This document shows, piece by piece, positions 30,356 through 34,105 of a DNA stretch of 34,105 bases. Every line of letters begins with the position of its first letter. The first letter of the stretch is position 1. The stretch lies in NCBI GenBank assembly GCA_041548245.1, contig JBFESZ010000013.1, positions 1-34,105 on the forward strand. Reading direction: 5' to 3'. A program made the translations under genes and the position numbers. A model generated the notes under the pieces. The model saw nothing but the letters and a program-made list of their open reading frames with translations, had not been told where the DNA came from and did no database searches. The DNA is from Sulfurimonadaceae bacterium. GTDB lineage: Bacteria; Campylobacterota; Campylobacteria; Campylobacterales; Sulfurimonadaceae.

Positions 30356-31627
30356 CTATGCATCCATTTGTAGGGCATTTTTTAGTAGTTCATCACCGGT
30401 TGTTATGGTTTTTGAAGCGGCATCATAAGAGCGCTGCATGATGATGAGCTCTGTTAGAGCGGTATCCAACGTAACATTTGAGTTTTCCAGACTGCCAGTG
30501 AGAAGTTGACCGTTGTCTTGAGTGTAAAATATAGGTTGTCCGCTATTGACAGAAGCACGGAACCTATTTCCGTTAATGGCTTCAAGCCCTTGATCGTTTT
30601 GGAAATGATAGATCGCAACTTTTCCAACAACACTTTGTTTTCCGTTGGTAAAGTTTGAGATGACTTCACCATTTCTGTTGATTGTATAATCGGTAAGCTC
30701 TCCGGAGAGGGTACCGTCTACCGTCGCTGATGTAGTGAGTGTAGGACCGCTGTTGGAGATGATCCCATTTAGTTCACTTCCCAAATTGGGTACAACCAAA
30801 GCACCGTTGTTATCCAGAGGGCCTAATGTAGAGCTGATCAAAGCGCCACTGCCATCAAACTCGACGATCCCGGTTTGTGTGTCATAAACAGTCGAGCCAT
30901 CAGCTGTTTGTGTCGTTGCCGTAACATCCCAGCGGATTCCTACTGGCGGTTGTGTTACAGATTGAGTAAATATGAGACGCAGATTGTTACGCTCACTTTG
31001 TGGGCTGATCACCGTAGCGGAGACGGCCTGCGGGATATCTTCGATGCCAATGTTTCCAAAGAAATTCGCCTGTGTTGTGGGTTGGACAGGAAAGCTCATT
31101 GCACTTGGAAAGATTAATGCTTCTTGTGCATCCACGTTTGCCAGATCAAGTTCTAAAAACTCGACGACAGGACTTAAAACACCGTTAGTGGTGTTATTGG
31201 CCAGAGTACCCGTTACAAAGTATCCCTCAGGGTTAACCAGACGGATATTGGTTTGTATCCCATCGGTATATGGATCAAAACGGAAGTTTCCGGCACGTGT
31301 AAAATAGTTTTCGCCGTTTATTCCTCCTGTCAGGCCAAACCATCCATCATCACCTATAATAGCGAGGTCGGTGACATTGTCACTTTGGTAATATTCACCT
31401 CCTCTAAGGTCTAAGGAAGTTGTATTGACCTGAACACCCAGACCAGACTGCATGGAGGTGATAGCATTTCCGGAAGTAGAAATCTTTTTTTCGAAGAGGT
31501 TGGAAAACTCAGTAGATGAACCTCTAAATCCGACTGTATTGACATTGGCAATGTTGTTGGCCAAGACATCAATGCCTGTTTGGAAGGATTGTAGACTGCT
31601 GACACCTGCATAGATCGATTGTAACAT
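30356..31627 (-). CDS. flgE: Flagellar hook-basal body protein, short FlgE paralogue
   Basis: Motifs ANNIANVNT, FTRAGNF and LENSNV; directly follows flgD. Confidence 0.85.
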   Translation of the reverse strand: MLQSIYAGVSSLQSFQTGIDVLANNIANVNTVGFRGSSTEFSNLFEKKISTSGNAITSMQSGLGVQVNTTSLDLRGGEYYQSDNVTDLAIIGDDGWFGLTGGINGENYFTRAGNFRFDPYTDGIQTNIRLVNPEGYFVTGTLANNTTNGVLSPVVEFLELDLANVDAQEALIFPSAMSFPVQPTTQANFFGNIGIEDIPQAVSATVISPQSERNNLRLIFTQSVTQPPVGIRWDVTATTQTADGSTVYDTQTGIVEFDGSGALISSTLGPLDNNGALVVPNLGSELNGIISNSGPTLTTSATVDGTLSGELTDYTINRNGEVISNFTNGKQSVVGKVAIYHFQNDQGLEAINGNRFRASVNSGQPIFYTQDNGQLLTGSLENSNVTLDTALTELIIMQRSYDAASKTITTGDELLKNALQMDA

Positions 31628-31637
31628 GATTTACCCT

Positions 31638-32303
31638 TTACTGATAGATCTCAACGATTGAGTCAAACGGGACATAAGAAGAGCCCAGTTTAAGCAAGCT
31701 TTTTCCATCTTCAAAACGTACTGATTCAATAGGGTAAGTACCGGCACGAGTTCTTATGGTTTCACCCGCTGTATTTGCATAGGAAGCTTCTATATAATAG
31801 ACACCTGAGTCCGCCCCATTTCCTGCATCCGTGACGCCATTCCAATCAAACGAGTAGACACCGGCCTGATTGGGAGTCACTGGAATAGTTTTTATGACAT
31901 TACCAGTGGAATCTTTGACCTCAATATTTCCAGCCACGATATCGTCAGAAAAATAGACCTCAAAGTTTGCAGTTTGTCCTTGTTCATAGAGCATCCCGTT
32001 ACTTCCTGTATCGGCAATTTTTCCGATGGCGCTTACCGTATTAAACTGGGAACTGGTAAGAAGTGAAGCCGAAAGGGCTTCTAGAGTCTTATTAGTGTTT
32101 TCGGCCGACTCCAGTGTTGCCAACTGTGAAGTTTGTGATAGGATCTTCTCCGAATCCATTGGCTCGGTTGGATCTTGATACTGAAGTTCGACAAGCAGAA
32201 GCTTCAAAAAATCATCTTTGGCAAGGATACCGTTTGGGTTTGTCCCTGCAGGAGCATCGATAAGGTTTGTCGATGTTGCTGATGTTGTATTTGTAATTGC
32301 CAT
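31638..32303 (-). CDS. flgD: Flagellar hook capping protein FlgD
   Basis: Motif DDFLKLLLVELQYQDPTEPMD. Confidence 0.95.
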   Translation of the reverse strand: MAITNTTSATSTNLIDAPAGTNPNGILAKDDFLKLLLVELQYQDPTEPMDSEKILSQTSQLATLESAENTNKTLEALSASLLTSSQFNTVSAIGKIADTGSNGMLYEQGQTANFEVYFSDDIVAGNIEVKDSTGNVIKTIPVTPNQAGVYSFDWNGVTDAGNGADSGVYYIEASYANTAGETIRTRAGTYPIESVRFEDGKSLLKLGSSYVPFDSIVEIYQ

Positions 32304-32318
32304 AATAGGTCCTTTACT

Positions 32319-33584
32319 CTATATATATCGGGGTACAACGACTTCTAAAGCTGTTGCTATTTCTGTGAACTCTTCTTCAAACTCTTGGAACTCTTCATAA
32401 GAGAGGTGTGCTTGTTCCTGTTTCTGTCTCTCTTGCTGTTGTTGATGATGAGAGGAGAAGTTCATGGAAGCATCGCCTAACCCTTGTGCGCTCAGCTGAG
32501 CTTTGAGCTCATGTGAGTTTTGCATCATTGTTGTCAGTGCATTGGCATTGGCATTGATATTGATATGCACAGTGTTTCCGCGTTGTACAAGTGTTACATC
32601 CATCTCACCGAACTTATGTGGGTTAAGCTGCATTTTTATACGTGTAAAAGGTGGTTTATAGTTTTCAACCATCTCTTTCATGCTTTGTGCGACATGTTGT
32701 ACAAGCTGTTTTGCCTCAGTGATCTTTTGGTTGAGCTGGTCATTTTTGTTGACTTGGAGCGTATGATGTTTTTCATTAAGTTTTTCACTTTCTATTTTGA
32801 GACCAGATTCGCTTTCTAAACTACTTTCACCCTCATTACCTTCGCCATGCAGAAGATGGCTAAGAGTCGCGTTGAATAGCGGTGATTTAGTCTCTTTTTT
32901 CGGTTCATTAAGTGTGATATCTGCCACCGCGTCAGTCAATACAGCTTCATTTGTTCTGTTTAGTAAAGCGTTCAGAGGTTGTTTAGTGAGTTGTTCTTCA
33001 TTTGTTTTCTTGTCAATGACAGGCCTAACCAGTTCGCTGGTAGAGTGTGGAAGCTGGAACTGTGGTTGTTGAGCCTGTTTTGTAAAATCGAGCACTTGCG
33101 CAAGCTCATTCTTTACGGCTGTTGCAGGCAGTGACTCAAAGCTTATGGCACGTATTTCTATTCCCGATTTTTCCGCCAGTTTTATCAATCCACCTAAAGT
33201 CTTTGGAAGTTCTTTTATATCGACTTTTTTTGTTATTTGCTCTTTGAGATAGTTTTTTGCTTCGCCGATGAGTTGTCGAAGATTCTGTTTGAAGTCAGTA
33301 AGAGGAAGTGCCTTTAGAATATCAGGATGGATGAGCTCTTCCTCGTTTTCTCCTGTTTTTCCAAGTTCAAACAGCTGCGAAAGGAGTGATTTTTCTGTTG
33401 CTTTCTCAGCGTTTTTAATTTTTGCATCCAAGAGTGAGTCCAACCCTTTTGCATCTGTTTTGGCCAAGGAGAAAGATTGGAGTAAGAGAGAGAACTTGTC
33501 GTCTTTAAGATCAGGTTTTAATCCTAGTAGGTTGGCTAACAGACTTTTTTGTTCTGTAGCCTTCTCAGGTGACAATCCCAACAT
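32319..33584 (-). CDS. fliK: Flagellar hook-length control protein FliK
   Basis: C-terminal MQLNPHKFGEMDV, Gln-rich tail and position before flgD. Confidence 0.88.
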   Translation of the reverse strand: MLGLSPEKATEQKSLLANLLGLKPDLKDDKFSLLLQSFSLAKTDAKGLDSLLDAKIKNAEKATEKSLLSQLFELGKTGENEEELIHPDILKALPLTDFKQNLRQLIGEAKNYLKEQITKKVDIKELPKTLGGLIKLAEKSGIEIRAISFESLPATAVKNELAQVLDFTKQAQQPQFQLPHSTSELVRPVIDKKTNEEQLTKQPLNALLNRTNEAVLTDAVADITLNEPKKETKSPLFNATLSHLLHGEGNEGESSLESESGLKIESEKLNEKHHTLQVNKNDQLNQKITEAKQLVQHVAQSMKEMVENYKPPFTRIKMQLNPHKFGEMDVTLVQRGNTVHININANANALTTMMQNSHELKAQLSAQGLGDASMNFSSHHQQQQERQKQEQAHLSYEEFQEFEEEFTEIATALEVVVPRYI

Positions 33585-33616
33585 GTTTTCTCCTTTACAG
33601 TAATAGTAAAGAAGAA

Positions 33617-33633
33617 AAGCATTTTTTATTCCA
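33617..33633 (-). promoter_or_regulatory. Sigma54 promoter of fliK-flgD-flgE
   Basis: TGGAATAAAAAATGCTT, with exact GG-N10-GC spacing. Confidence 0.7.
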
Positions 33634-33645
33634 TAATAGAGTTTA

Positions 33646-34029
33646 TCATCGAGCTCTTTTTTTAATATTGAAGGTTTTGTCTATTGTCCAGATGTTTATA
33701 TCGTGTCGTTGAGAGACATTTTCAAGTCGCTCGAGATATTTTTCATCTTTTTGAGTATCTTCGATGATTAACAGTACGGCAGCCCTACGTTCAGTTTGCG
33801 ATGCGTAATAGAGTGATTGGCCTATACTTTCTGCCCATTTTTGTGCAAAATCGACTTCGATGGCATATTCCTCCAATAGACAATCCACCCGCGTCTTGTC
33901 TTTGAGCCTGTACTCCATGGTTCCGCCAAAGTGAGTGCAAAAGTGCTCCTGATATATCTTTTCCTTGTTGATATGTCCCGCGTTGAGCGTCAGCGTGATT
34001 GCTAAACAGAAAAGAAGCGGTCTAAGCAT
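33646..34029 (-). CDS. Hypothetical exported protein with PD-(D/E)xK nuclease-like motifs
   Basis: Signal peptide ending LNA; RVDC...IEVD and GQSLYY (QxxxY). Confidence 0.7.
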   Translation of the reverse strand: MLRPLLFCLAITLTLNAGHINKEKIYQEHFCTHFGGTMEYRLKDKTRVDCLLEEYAIEVDFAQKWAESIGQSLYYASQTERRAAVLLIIEDTQKDEKYLERLENVSQRHDINIWTIDKTFNIKKRAR

Positions 34030-34105
34030 TGTCGTTATCTCGCGGAGATATTCTTTCTTCTATCAATCGGATGACACAGCTTTCTATCATTTTAAACACT
34101 TTGTC
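34022..34105 (-). CDS. 3' end of a gene running off the window, possibly a low-molecular-weight protein tyrosine phosphatase
   Basis: Open frame ...DKVFKMIESCVIRLIEERISPRDNDNA* overlapping the next ATG. It resembles an LMW-PTP C-terminal helix, but only 27 aa are visible. Confidence 0.4.
   Translation of the reverse strand, partial: DKVFKMIESCVIRLIEERISPRDNDNA

Overview
This is a chromosomal window from a flagellated Campylobacterota (Epsilonproteobacteria) bacterium, probably Sulfurimonas/Sulfuricurvum-like; the taxonomy is inferred from gene content, DnaA-box type and promoter style. It spans the replication origin, with the order ruvC <-> dnaA-dnaN-(degQ inserted)-gyrB and a bipartite oriC: DnaA-box clusters on both sides of dnaA, plus DnaA-trios and an AT-rich unwinding element next to dnaN. 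Left of the origin are the 3' part of cusA, a small accessory operon (unannotated 47-aa ORF, secreted Cys-rich protein, macrodomain), a rearranged Pho/Pst cluster with three recognisable pho boxes, cca, DUF2062, an active-looking diguanylate cyclase, queF and a degenerate GGDEF-EAL protein. Right of the origin are a gammaproteobacterial-type thyA-folA pair, two paralogous Cys-rich lipoproteins with MOSC and dGTPase genes, and fliK-flgD-flgE-flgE2 with two sigma54 promoters. The most novel-looking signals are non-coding: a candidate ~105-nt sRNA (13739-13842, minus strand) with three UUCUCCC anti-Shine-Dalgarno motifs and a DnaA-type box in its promoter, and a second candidate large-loop sRNA after pstB. 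I saw no rRNA, tRNA, CRISPR array or IS element. All calls were made by eye, without database searches.
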